Shown piece after piece: positions 47,301 to 58,599 of a stretch of 64,000 bases of DNA (position 1 is its first letter; every line of letters begins with the position of its first letter). Under the pieces are notes generated by a model that had not been told where the DNA came from, made no database searches, and saw only the letters and a program-made list of their open reading frames with translations. The DNA comes from Amoebophrya sp. A120 (Eukaryota; Protista; Dinoflagellata), in the NCBI GenBank assembly GCA_905178155.1, contig CAJINV010000002.1, forward strand, positions 3,539,838 to 3,603,837, in the 5' to 3' direction. The position numbers and the translations under genes were made by a program.

Positions 47301-50300
47301 CGCAAATTCGTCTTTTGGCGCGACGTCCGGAATGTACTCGAAGGCCATTTCCTGCGGAGACCCGGTAAACTTTTCGCCGGAGAGACGAGGTTTTTGCCGG
47401 CCGCTGAGTTTGGCCCAGTAGACGAATGGGACCTTTCGCGCGCGCGACATTCTACTCGAGACTCAGACCCTCGGGAGCTCCTGTCTCGGAACGTGACATG
47501 GCAGCTGGGGTTTTATAGAGCGTGCGCGAACGCCCCAGACCGGCTACGCCCCTGGGCAAGTGTGTTTCGCCCAGATTTTCATATTAGTGACTGGACGTTA
47601 CCTGCGTTTTTCGACGCAAAGGGCCTCTTCTCGGGTTGCACGGATTTCGACCAGCCTCTCCGATGGAACTTTCACTTTGATGACAAGGAACGCCTGCGCA
47701 CCGACAAGGCAGGCTACCCTCTGCGGGGCATGTTTCAAGGGGTAGCGATTTTCGACGATGTGGAAGCCTTTGCAAGATCGAAATTTTTCACCGAGGACAC
47801 CAGATCCGCTAACGGCGAAACAACGCGAATGCCTCTTGCGAAGTTCCTGAACCTTCGCCGCAGCAGAGCATTTGATGCCCTTCCCGAGGCGACAGTTCTC
47901 GAAGGCAACCCTGCCACGGTCGCCACCTTCGGGGAACACAGTAAGGCCATGGCGAATAATTTTGCCAACCTTCCATGGCTCTGGGGAGACGCTTACGAGC
48001 AGGCCTGGAGCGAGGAGCACGAAGTCATGCTCGCGTCATTCCAGAAGAACGCTCCAGAAACCCGAATGCAGGTCAGGAGAGCTCGCGCTGCTGGCGCAGC
48101 AGGCGAAACGCAGCAGGCGCTGAAGGCCAGCGCGGCAGGCACTGAACAGAAAACAACCTTCGCGGTCAGCTCCGGTGGAGATGATAACTCATCTTTCCGA
48201 GCCTTCACAAGCCGACAAGAACTGGAGCTGGCATTGCGACCGTTTCTTGGCGAAGACGCAGGAATCCACGCCAACGCCCTCGGTTGGCCTTTGGCGGCGG
48301 GAGAAACTGTTGCGGATGTGGAGAACCGCCACGGCCCGGCTAGCTCATGGAATGTGGCGCGAATCCAAGACCTCAGCTTCTTGTTCGGAAAACTTTGCCG
48401 AAAATTCTCTGACAATCCCTGGCGCCGTATCTTCGGACCCGGAAGCACGCGCCGACTTAGCATAAAATATTGGGACGTGAGCGGTGTGGCCAATATGAAA
48501 GGGATGTTTGACGGGTGCAGCGATTTCAACGACCATATAGGGTCTTGGGATGTCGGGCAGGTTCGCAACATGGAGGCCATGTTTCGTGATGCTAAAAGTT
48601 TTGATCAGCCAATTCGCCTTTGGGATGTTTCGCTGGTCGCCGACATGGGACAAATGTTTCTGCGGGCGTATAGGTTCAACCAACGGATAGACCGCTGGGA
48701 CACCCGCCGCGTCACAAACATGGCGTGGATGTTTTCCGAGGCCAGGGCCTTCAATAGAGTCCTGCATTGGGATGTGAGCAGTGTGACAAACATGCACGGC
48801 ATGTTTTCGGTACCGAAGCAAAACCCTGAGGCAGACATAATCTCTTCTGGTGTCTAAGATTTCCCCAACAACTAGCAAAAAGACACAGCATTCGTATGCG
48901 TGCTGCTGCTGCCCTACTGGCGCATGACCATGAGACGAAATCAGAGTGGCCCCGTCTTTACCAGTCGCACCCTGCCAGCGAAAAAAATAATTCGATGCTG
49001 AGTTCGCGTTGCTGGTCAGTCAACATGTCACAGCGCAATGATGTCATAAACAAAGCACGCAACTATGTTGTGCTCACAACGCTATTTTCATAGTTTTGAA
49101 AAATTCCAAAGGTGTGTTTTGCCGAGGAGGGTTTTGTGCTTGCATACAGGCTGGCAGCTTCTTACAACCACCCACTGCACTTTTGGGACGTGCGTCGTGT
49201 CACCAGCATGACTGCTATGTTTTGGAGAGCGCGGGCTTTTAATCAGCCTCTGAGGCTGTGGCGAGTCGGGAATGTAACCAGCATGGAAGGGATGTTTTAC
49301 GGCGCCCGGGATTTCAATCAGCCTCTCGACGGCTGGGACGTTGCTTCCGTAACAAATACGAAACGAATGTTCGACCACGCAAAAGCATTATCCTGTGCAA
49401 AAACGCCCCCACCTCATAGTCACATTTGCTACACAAGGACAAGCCAAGGTGGTTTACCTGTTGCGCATTACAACTTTAGGCATCTATTGTGATCGTGATT
49501 AGCCACTGCAGTCGCGTCACATGATGAAATCCAATAATCTTATTCTGATTATCGCCTGGCACTCGAGACAGACAGGACTAGAAAATGCTTCTCATGTGGC
49601 TGCGCATGAGAAACAGTTCAAAAAGCATGTAGATCAGCACGAAAACAAATATGGGGCGGTGGCGCTTTTGCTGAGGATAAACATTCAACCAGGATTTGTC
49701 GTCGTGGAATCTGAACCTGCAAGACGGCGGCGTGCTCCTTTATGCCTAACAAATCCGTCTGGGTCTGGATTTGTGATGCGAGATTCGGAAGTAGGCAATA
49801 AGCATTAGAGAAGTAAATAACGCATGAATGTGATTGGCTAGCTCTTTTGTCGTGCTGGAAGCCAGTTTGTCATGCGTTTTTCGAATGAGTCTGCTCTGCA
49901 GTAGGCCTTGCAAAATTTTTGATGCTGCTATGCCGTACCAGAGGATAGTCAATCTGCGACGCAACTCTCAGCAACGCAATTTTTCAGACCCAGACAAATT
50001 TGCAATGCATATCCTCGCTGCAGATAACATGTTTGGAGATGCGGAGGCGTTTCGCGCGGCCGAAAGACTACGTCCCGACCAAGTTGTGGTGCTGGAAAAG
50101 ATGCAGGCCTTTGCCTCCCGAAAGCATTCTGAAACGGAAAGTGGCAGTGCGACCCGCGCGGGCCCGGAGAGTTGTATTACACCTGTTTCAAACATCCAAG
50201 CGAAAAAACAGGAGCAAGTGGTCGAGCAAGATCAGAGGCCGGAAAATGGCGTGGCTGCAGAAGTGCAATCCGAGCCAGCATTCCTCAAGGGCGAACACTA

Positions 50301-53300
50301 CGTAGAAAAAGCTCGTCCACCGGGTAAGGGGAACGACTACTCCTCGACACCATCTGTATTGCGGTGAAAACCCCCCTCCCCATACTTACCGAAAAAGTAC
50401 GCCTCGGAAAATTTGTAATGCTGATTTGTGGCTACAAAGCGTCTCTGTCTGGCATGCAAGCAACTCAACAGGCTGTGCGTTATGCATGCGGTTTGTGATG
50501 TTGTTGGGCGTACATCGTAGACGCTTCTCCTCCTGCTAGGCTCCTACGTAAAAAGCCTTTCACCTCTCAGGCCTGGTATAATATGCCTGCAGTCCTTTAC
50601 TGCAAGACAAATCTGAATTGTGTACGCAAGCCGAACATCAGAAGCCGCGTTTTGATATTATGAGGAGGGTGGAATTTTCCTTTTCATAGACTACTCAGGA
50701 AGAGTTCGTAGAGATGCCCACGAGGATGCAGCTGAACCTGCAAGACGAAACTGTGAAAAACAAGACGCCGCTCAATTTGCGAAAGAAAACTACCATCGGT
50801 GGTCGTCGAGGTTTGAAGAAAAAGGCTGCAGGATATCAAATGTAAAAATGTCTGGGTCTGGAAGATTCTGACACTTGTCACGCACGTTTTGCATGAGCCC
50901 TGATGTCTGTGATGCATGCCCTAGCATCACAGATTTTTTGAGAGCTTCTTGATGCCTGTTCCGCATGACAAATGCCCTCTCCGCGTAGCAGAAATTGCGT
51001 TCCTTGTTTTGGTACTCATGCAATACAGATTCTTCTGGGATCCAAATGCAGCATCACAAGTTGCATTCTTCCAGACCGAGACACTTTTACATTTGATACA
51101 GGAGGTGGCATCGCGACAAGCTCTTCCGTGGTCCTCCTCGGCACAAATAGGACGAACAAGACCTGCGGCGGGATGACGAGTCGCAGTGCATCATCAAAAA
51201 AGCCCGGAGGTGTGGTCGCTTCGTCGAAATTTTTGAAGACGGCGAAGAAGAAGAGCAGGGAAAAGAGCACTTCTGTCAGGCGGCCCCGGATGAATAAAAC
51301 GAAGATTTTTAGCGCAGCTGCTTCCGCGGAGCAAGCTTCGGAGAAAAAGGAAACGAACGATTATCAAATGCAAACAGGTCTGGGTCTGGTGGAAGACTGC
51401 AATTTGTCATGCTAAGTCGGGATCACAAAAATCTATGTTGCATGGACGCTAAAAAAAAGGAGGTGCTCCAGGCTGGCTAGGCAAAAGCACCAGGATTTCT
51501 CATGCGGAATAGGCATGAAGAAGGTCTCGCAGAATTCGTGTGCGTGGTCAGCGAGATGCATGGCAAATATTGCCTTCTTCCAGACCCAGACATAGTTGCA
51601 GTTGATATCGATGCGGGAACAACACCCACCACCGGAAGCTCTGCATCGGACGAAGATGACAGCGGTAGCAATCCGTCGTCCAGCACGCCGCGTTTTTCCA
51701 GCCCGAATGATCCATACCAGGATCTGTCGAAGCGAGCTTCGTCTGGTGACTCAGCGGAGGATGTTGAAGGACCACGAGAAGTAGCGCGGCCCGGCGCTGG
51801 AGGCGATCTGCTGAGGACCGCCCTGGAGCCGTGGGCACTGTACCTGACGCCCAAACAGAAGGAGGCTTTGCGCAACGTCGACCGCGCGACCCAACGGTTG
51901 GTTGACACGCACCGCCAGGAAGGAACCTGGAAGGCCTTCGAGAGCCGAGACGAACTCGTCCAAGCGCTCTGGGTTTGGAATATTGATACTATTAGAGCTA
52001 ATATGCCAAACCTAGAGCGCCGAAGAGCTCTATTAAATAATGGAGCCGATCCGTGGGGAGGTAAGTCCGCAATACAATTCAGACGGGAAATCCAAGGCAA
52101 GTATGGTCCAGTTCGGTTCTGGGACGTGTCTCGCGTCGCCAATCTAGACGGGTTGTTTTCGTGTGATGCCGGACGGGGAAGTTACGTCCCGTGGAACCTG
52201 GGATCCTTCATTCCGCCCATCTCTGACTGGAACACGCGTGGCGTGCGGAGCATGCGCTCCATGTTTAAGGACTGCCGCGACTTTGACCAGCCTCTGCACT
52301 GGGACCTCACCACCGTCGACGCAATGCAAGGTATTTTTGTCGGGGTGCACGCATTCCAGGATGTCGGCACGTTCGTGTCTTCGGCATTTTTCTCGGCAAG
52401 CTCTCCTGCTGGGGCGACCCGACAGGCCGCGGCAGAGGCGAGGCGCGAAAGGTTCATGGAGTTCCATCGCCATGGTGCCTTTGAGGGTATGCTCGCCTCC
52501 GATTTCCCCACGATTCCCCTGGCCAAGAACTTTTTGTTTGGAGTGGCACAAGACGCCGCGTTGGCTACCGAAGGGTGTGGCAATAAAAACGGTCTTCAGC
52601 TGCATCACGACCGTGCTGACCTAGCGTCGGAACAGCCTGAGTTGAGCGTATACACTGTTGGCGGCGCAGTTGTCAGAACATTCGACTTTGCCGAGTGGCA
52701 GCCGCTCTCGGCGCGAGAGATCGGAGAACAGATCGCAAATGCCATCATCGCATCTCAAAAGAAACGGCGCCAGCGCATTCTGAAGGAGTTAAGTCTCCTG
52801 TATGGATCTCAAGATCTCCTATCGCTTTTGGGCGAGACGAGAATCAGTGACGTATTGCTTTCTCCCGCGAATACGGCATGTCGATCGGTCGGCGCCAGCA
52901 TCTCTCTCCAGGCCGCTGTCAAGGGCTATGACTTTCAAAGCTGGCGTGAAGTTGCAGAGGCCATGAAATTCTGGCAGCGCGGTGAGATCCAAAAGAAACT
53001 TTGGACGCATCGAACAAGAGACTATTTTCGAGATCCGGAAATGGGTGACGACGAAGCTGCAGCGAAACGACAAGAAGTACGCACTTGCTCATTTATCTCT
53101 CTTCATCGACGTCGCGGCCCTTCGCAGAAGTACTAGCTCGATATTTTTTGCACGTCGTCCCGCGGCTCGATATTTTTTATTTTTTGTGTTTGTTGTAATT
53201 AATCACTGCGCTCAGCATTGGCATCACATCACACGCAGTGCCCAGCGGAGACCACAGCCGCGGCCTGGCGACTAGATTATGTATGAGTCCGCTACCCTTG

Positions 53301-54454
53301 CATCCCCAGGCCCAGAAGAACATGACAACGTGATGTGCCATCATGCAATTAGACCCGCGTGCTTTTGTATGAGAAAGCGGGAACAACGATCTGTCATTAC
53401 TATGCGCACTGCGACGAGAGAGAGATATGTCGATTCTCGGGCATATGTGGTCGAGGAACGCTACGGCCCAGTACACCAGTGGGACTTCTCGCTGATCAAA
53501 GGGAGTTATCACCAGATTTTCCACGGTCTGCCGTTTACGGCCCTCTGCCACGCCGTGCGTTTACCAGACCGTGGACCGAGACCGCTAGACAAACTCTCTG
53601 AACCGGCAACGACGACGCCCTGGTCTGATGTATTCCGAAACGATTTTCTTATCACCGACTGGAAGTTTCCCCTCGCCGGAAACAATTTTGAAAACCTGTT
53701 CACGGGTTGTACAGATTTCGACCAGCCGCTCCGGTGGAACTTTGACTTTTGTGACTCAAATTTGCCTACGCCGCGGAAGGACATTATAGCGGGCACATGC
53801 CTACTAGTTCGCAGGGGTTTTCTTAATGGAAGTATCGGCAGCGAATCAAAGCTCGGGCCTGAATTCTTGTGCTCTCATCTTGGCATGAACTACATAAAGC
53901 GTGTAGTAGCTCTACAACAAAGCCATCAAAAAGTACTTACATACCAAATGAAAATAGTAGGCATCAATCTACACGACCGGCAAGTAGTCCTGGGTACTAG
54001 ACGCCTTCGCGGGAAGTATAGTAGAACTCCAATTCGTTTCCCGTGGCGCAAAAATTGCGCTCGGGCGTCTCCCTTCTGAAAAGAAGAGCCGCTCTGGGAT
54101 CATTTTCCGCAGCAAGAGAATAAATGAATTTTACACAAAATAAACAAGAATTCCACGTGGCCTGCAGTTTTGCTCTTCACACCTTTGTTTACAAATGTGG
54201 CCATATTTGAAGACCTAGAGCGCTTTTGGAATTCCAAGTTTTTTCTCGAGGACATCGTCGAGGGCGACCAGAAAAAGCAAATGCCTTTCCGGAAATGGAT
54301 GCAGCTTAATATGTTCGGGGCGTTCGACTCCTATGGACCACATCGATATCTGGCGGTCAAGAGTGGCTTTGGCGATATGAGGTTCTGGAACCTGTGGCCG
54401 AAAGCAGATCGGGAGCAGGGGTGGAAGATGGCCGGTCTGCTAAGAAGTACATAG
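44400..54454 (+). CDS. giant multi-module DUF285/BspA-repeat protein (N-terminal exon 44400-~44755; main body 46260-54454)
   Basis: WDVxxVxxMxxMF...FNQPLxxW repeats. The frame is continuous from 46260 to 54454 after removing 8 introners. The link between 44755 and 46260 is unresolved and the 3' end may be truncated. Confidence 0.75.
48811..49146. mobile_element. degenerate introner (TAC..ATA)
   Basis: Residual TIR AAAACCCT/AGGGTTTT; removal restores MFS|LAASYNHPLHFWDV. Confidence 0.75.
49389..49679. mobile_element. introner, family E-like
   Basis: DR AGCAT/AACAT; removal restores AKAFNQDLSSW. Confidence 0.85.
49741..50011. mobile_element. introner, family B
   Basis: DR TCCTT/TCCTC. Confidence 0.85.
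50357..50688. mobile_element. introner, family C
   Basis: Body matches the 15168 element; DR decayed (ATCTG/GACTA). Confidence 0.82.
50834..51098. mobile_element. introner, family B
   Basis: DR CAGGA/CAGGA; empty site in the paralog at ~63870. Confidence 0.92.
51362..51607. mobile_element. introner, family B
   Basis: DR ACGAT/TCGAT; empty site in the paralog at ~59240. Confidence 0.9.
53078..53445. mobile_element. degenerate introner (TAC..ATA)
   Basis: Residual IR TATCTCTCT/AGAGAGATA; removal restores KRQE|VEERYGP. Confidence 0.7.
53785..54181. mobile_element. degenerate introner (TAT..ACA)
   Basis: -1/+4 removal restores DMFTNVAIF, as in the paralogs. Confidence 0.55.
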
Positions 54455-55603
54455 CCCCGTGCCCTCCTTGTAGATTTACTCCCAGTAAAACAGTATTGCT
54501 GTGCGGGAAAGTCTGCATGTTCTAAAACTTAAGATGTAAAATGCTCGGGTTTAGGGTTTTTTACATAAGTACTGGCGTCCGTAGAAGAAATTTACAGATC
54601 ATGATCTTGTAGAAACTGGTATATAGCTCAGGCTTTGGGGCAAAGGCGTGTTCTCACGTCAGAGAGACGACCACACTGCTCTCTCCTAGTCGTGTACCAG
54701 GTCGCGAAAAGATGTAAGCCCGCGCCTGTCTATCGAGGGTGAGACGAGTAAGAGGCAACGCCAGCCACCACTTCAGAAGCGAAGACCAAGGTGCTTGTGT
54801 AAGTCCTACGAAGCGAACTCGAAAAGCCACCATTGGAAGTAAAGTATGGTCTGCTGAGTATAGTAAATTTGTGTCTATGTAGTTGGTTGACGCGTGAAGA
54901 AAAGAAGTCAGTCATCCCATCTAGAACGTTGGCGTACAATGATGTGCAAATGATGATGTGCAAAACCCTTCTGACGGTGAGGATAAGGAGTAGAGATATT
55001 TATGTTGAGTCTCAACATTCTTCTCGCGTGGATAATACTTAGAAAGTCGATATCCTCACTTGTCTTCAAAGCACACAAATATCATTCTTCCCATGCAGCA
55101 CCTCTTCCCGTGTACAATATTTTTACAAGACGCAGGAGCTACATTGGTCACCCCTGTAGGTATGCAAACAAGCTTGCGCGCTGTTGAGCTCCGAAAACGT
55201 GGGGGCGGAGCCTACAGGTCTTTGCGCATTTATCTTCGTTTCTCAGATGAAACAGACCGAAGCCATGTTTTCTTAATCTAGAGGCCGTTTGGGATTTTAC
55301 TTTGCAATATACAAGAACTAGCGTGGTGTCACATTTATATTCTGCACGATGAAGTAACCAGTACTACAACACGCACAGATTATATACAGAACTTGATGCG
55401 TTGAGTAGGTACTTATCAGCAGTGGGCTGGCCTCGAGTTTTCTCACGTTCGTGTATGATGAAAAGTAGTACTCATATCTTGTGAACAAACGTGGAAAGAA
55501 TTGATGGAAGTAGGTCGCAACATTCACATTCTCCAGCACTGCTGAAGCTAAAGTAGACACCAGGCATAAGAAACATAGAGTGAAAAAGTTGGACTTTCGG
55601 CGT

Positions 55604-55728
55604 TTTCTCAAGCCGTGACAGAATCTCGACCGAACTGTGGTATGACCGTATGTATCCCGCTTGATAAAACCGCTTTCTCAAGCCGTGATAGAACCTCGAC
55701 TCAACTGCAGTGCCGTACTATCCCGCTT
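55604..55728. repeat. imperfect ~70-bp tandem duplication
   Basis: TTTCTCAAGCCGTGA...TATCCCGCTT occurs twice (55604 and 55674). Confidence 0.75.
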
Positions 55729-56039
55729 TTACTACGCCTTGGCGTAGTAGAAGCAAGGTGCCGTTGCGAGCTGTGATTTAGTTTTTTCACATGGTAGTTA
55801 GATCTCACGCACGCTAGCAGTCCGCTCAACAACTTTCAAGAGAGGCGAAAAACGAGTAGTTTATACAAATCCCCGGGCTGTATGGGGTGCCGCTCTTTTA
55901 GACACGGAAAGGAGGGCGGCGTGGCGCGGCAAAATTTGGCGTCTTTGATTCGACGACCAGGTTCGCCGATACCGAACAGTAGAAAGTCAAAAGAAGAGCA
56001 GACCTTTTTTTTATCGTTTAGCGCTTCATCCTCGTTCTC

Positions 56040-56444
56040 GTGTATGATAGGTACTTTGAAGTTCGCGGATTGTCGAAGACAGCAGAACGAAGTTCGCGGA
56101 TTGTCGTGAATGAACGGATCCTGTTCCTGCAGGGCAACAAGCCGGAGCTGCTCTTCGAGCTCAATGACGTGCTGAAGGACGACTACGAGGCGCTGACGAA
56201 GCGGGAGTTCAAGCTGAAACAGGTGCAGCAGGCGGCGACGAGCAGTAGTTCTTCCTCGGCGTCCTCGGGCAACAACGACAAAATGTGCAGCCTGCTGGAG
56301 AAACTGTGTACCCGGGTCGAAGGTTTGGAGAAAAGCCGCACCCCCAGCCCGGAGAAGAATGCCACCCAGTCCGCCGCCAAGACCGCCAAGGGGCTGAAGC
56401 TCAAGGGAGGGAAGAAGTTGACCCGGAAAACCACCACGGGGTGA
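56040..56444 (+). CDS. small hypothetical ORF with basic C-terminus (start uncertain)
   Basis: Stretch 56110-56444 has strong GC3 bias within AT-rich surroundings. Confidence 0.4.
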   Translation: MYDRYFEVRGLSKTAERSSRIVVNERILFLQGNKPELLFELNDVLKDDYEALTKREFKLKQVQQAATSSSSSSASSGNNDKMCSLLEKLCTRVEGLEKSRTPSPEKNATQSAAKTAKGLKLKGGKKLTRKTTTG

Positions 56445-57358
56445 GTGGAGTAGAACTACAACGAACTGGTGGTGAAGTGGAGGGTGAAGAGGTGTGATGG
56501 TGGAAAGTAATGAAGGAGTATTGCAAGACGAAATAAAAAATTCCTAGAAAATAGACTCAGCAAAACCGTTTTTCAAACAGAGTAGGACAGTCTAAAAAAA
56601 ATACCGAGCTATTGTTTGACAAATTTACAGATACTGTTACAATTACCGTTTACGTTTTTAGTTCTTGTTTGACAATTACAACTTACAAAAAATGTGACTT
56701 GCTAGGCTAAGTACTACGCAGTTGCTTCACCTTGATTTTTACTATGCTGTGGAACACTTACACTGCAGGACCGCATGCATTTGTGGAAGAGCAAGTGTTC
56801 CCAGCGTCTCTACTGCTTTTCGTATCGTACTACGTTCATCTGAATCGTACGGACTTTACGTTGTAGGGACTATTTTTGAATTTTTCCATCGTTATGTCGT
56901 TGAGTGACCTTGGGTACTCAATAGAAAAATGTTGCTTCTGTCGTTAATGCAAAGATGAATTTTTGTTTTACCAACTTGTCGTAGGGGAAAGGAAAGCGAC
57001 TGATCGTACGTGTTGAATTTGGCCTTCGTGATTCAGAAAGTCGTTGCTTTTGCTTTGAGTTTGCTCCACGCAAGAACCACGAAAATGTGTCACATGTCCA
57101 CCACAACACACAGTTTTTTGTTTTTACCTCGACAGTTGGGTGACATAGCAGTCTGAGGACGACGGGAAGGTCGGAAACAGCATGACAAATTGCTGATTTG
57201 CTTTTGTTTGTGTCTGTTCAAAAAATCAATCGGTCTAAATGCAGATGTCATTATCGAAAGAAGAAGAAAATGATCTCTACACCCGATATGATAGGTAGTT
57301 TGAAGTTCGCGGATTGTCGAAGACAGCAGAAAATGGGAAATTGTCTATCACAATTGAA

Positions 57359-57620
57359 TATCAAATGCAAAAATGTCTGGGTCTGGAAGATTGCCAGGTT
57401 TGTCATGCACATTTTGCATGACTCCTCATGTCTGTGATGCATGCCCTAGCATCACAGATTTTGTGAGGGCTTCCCGATGCTTATACCGCATGACAAATGC
57501 TCTTTCTGTGTAGCAAAACTTGGACTCTCTTTGCTGTTCATGCAATACAGATTTTTTTAGAATCCAAAATCAGCATGACAAGTTGGATTCTTCCAGACCC
57601 AGACATTTTTACAGTTGATA
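57359..57620. mobile_element. introner, family B, no clear host CDS
   Basis: DR TTGAA/TTGAA. Confidence 0.9.
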
Positions 57621-58225
57621 TTGAAGAAGTCAATCGCATGTTTATTCTCTCACCTAATCAGGGATAAAGCCCTGACGAGACCATTTCCAGAGGCAATGTA
57701 GAGAAATGACCACAGCCGAATTGTTCCCCATCCTATATTTATGCTCGTGATATGGAACGGATGGAACCGGTGCCGCGGCCTGCACATGAGTTCTTATAAT
57801 TTCTGGTTCAATACATAAGCTCAGTTCGCAGTACTAAAGTGCTCTATTTTTTCAAGCTTCCCTCTGGGATTTATCTACTCTTCAATACATAGTCACAAGA
57901 TTTTAAATCACGAGCTCCTCAAGGAAAAATGAAGGGTCCTCCACCGAAGACCTTCTGCTATTTTCACGACCGGATCTTCGACAAGAGCAACAAAGAGGAA
58001 TCTTCATGCCGGTCAAATTTTACGTCGTGCACTTCTTGGCTCCGTCAAATTTTAAGCGACCGCCTTTGATGCACCACCAAAAATGTCGCTCCCCCCACAA
58101 ATCGTTGCCGAGGCAGTTCTGCTGGGCTCATGACGCCATTAAAATTTATCAGGCGAATTTATGATGTCGATGGAAAAATCGTCGTGGTCGTCAGTATCGG
58201 ATGAAACTGTAAGTACTAGCTCGCT

Positions 58226-58599
58226 CTTGATCTTCTTGTCATCGGGGCTCGACAATTGTTCCTGATCCGGGAATATTGCTTTTAGGTTTGCATCAACATG
58301 CGGGTCCGAAGATACAGCTCTTTCGAATGAATGAAAAAATTCGCAGTTTTACGTTTTGATGACTAACAACTACGCCACATTGTATAATTTTTTCTTGGTC
58401 CTGGAAAAAAAGTAGAATACACAATCGCATTTGCTCTAACATAAAGGAAAGTAGAAGTGCATATACACAATAAAAGTAAGTAGAAATTATACAAGTTTTG
58501 GTTTTTTTTTCAATCTGTTTTATCGCTCTCGGATCTCTATATCAATTGAATCTGTGTTCTGGTTTTCTTTCAGCTTTTAGAAGACCACAAGTAGAAGTA
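58226..58599 (+). repeat. duplicated upstream module, copy 3
   Basis: Shares the same sequence blocks as 39308 and 44008. Confidence 0.8.

Noticed and set aside
54546-54560. GGGTTTAGGGTTT telomere-like motif
   Set aside because: Fewer than two units; compatible with chance.
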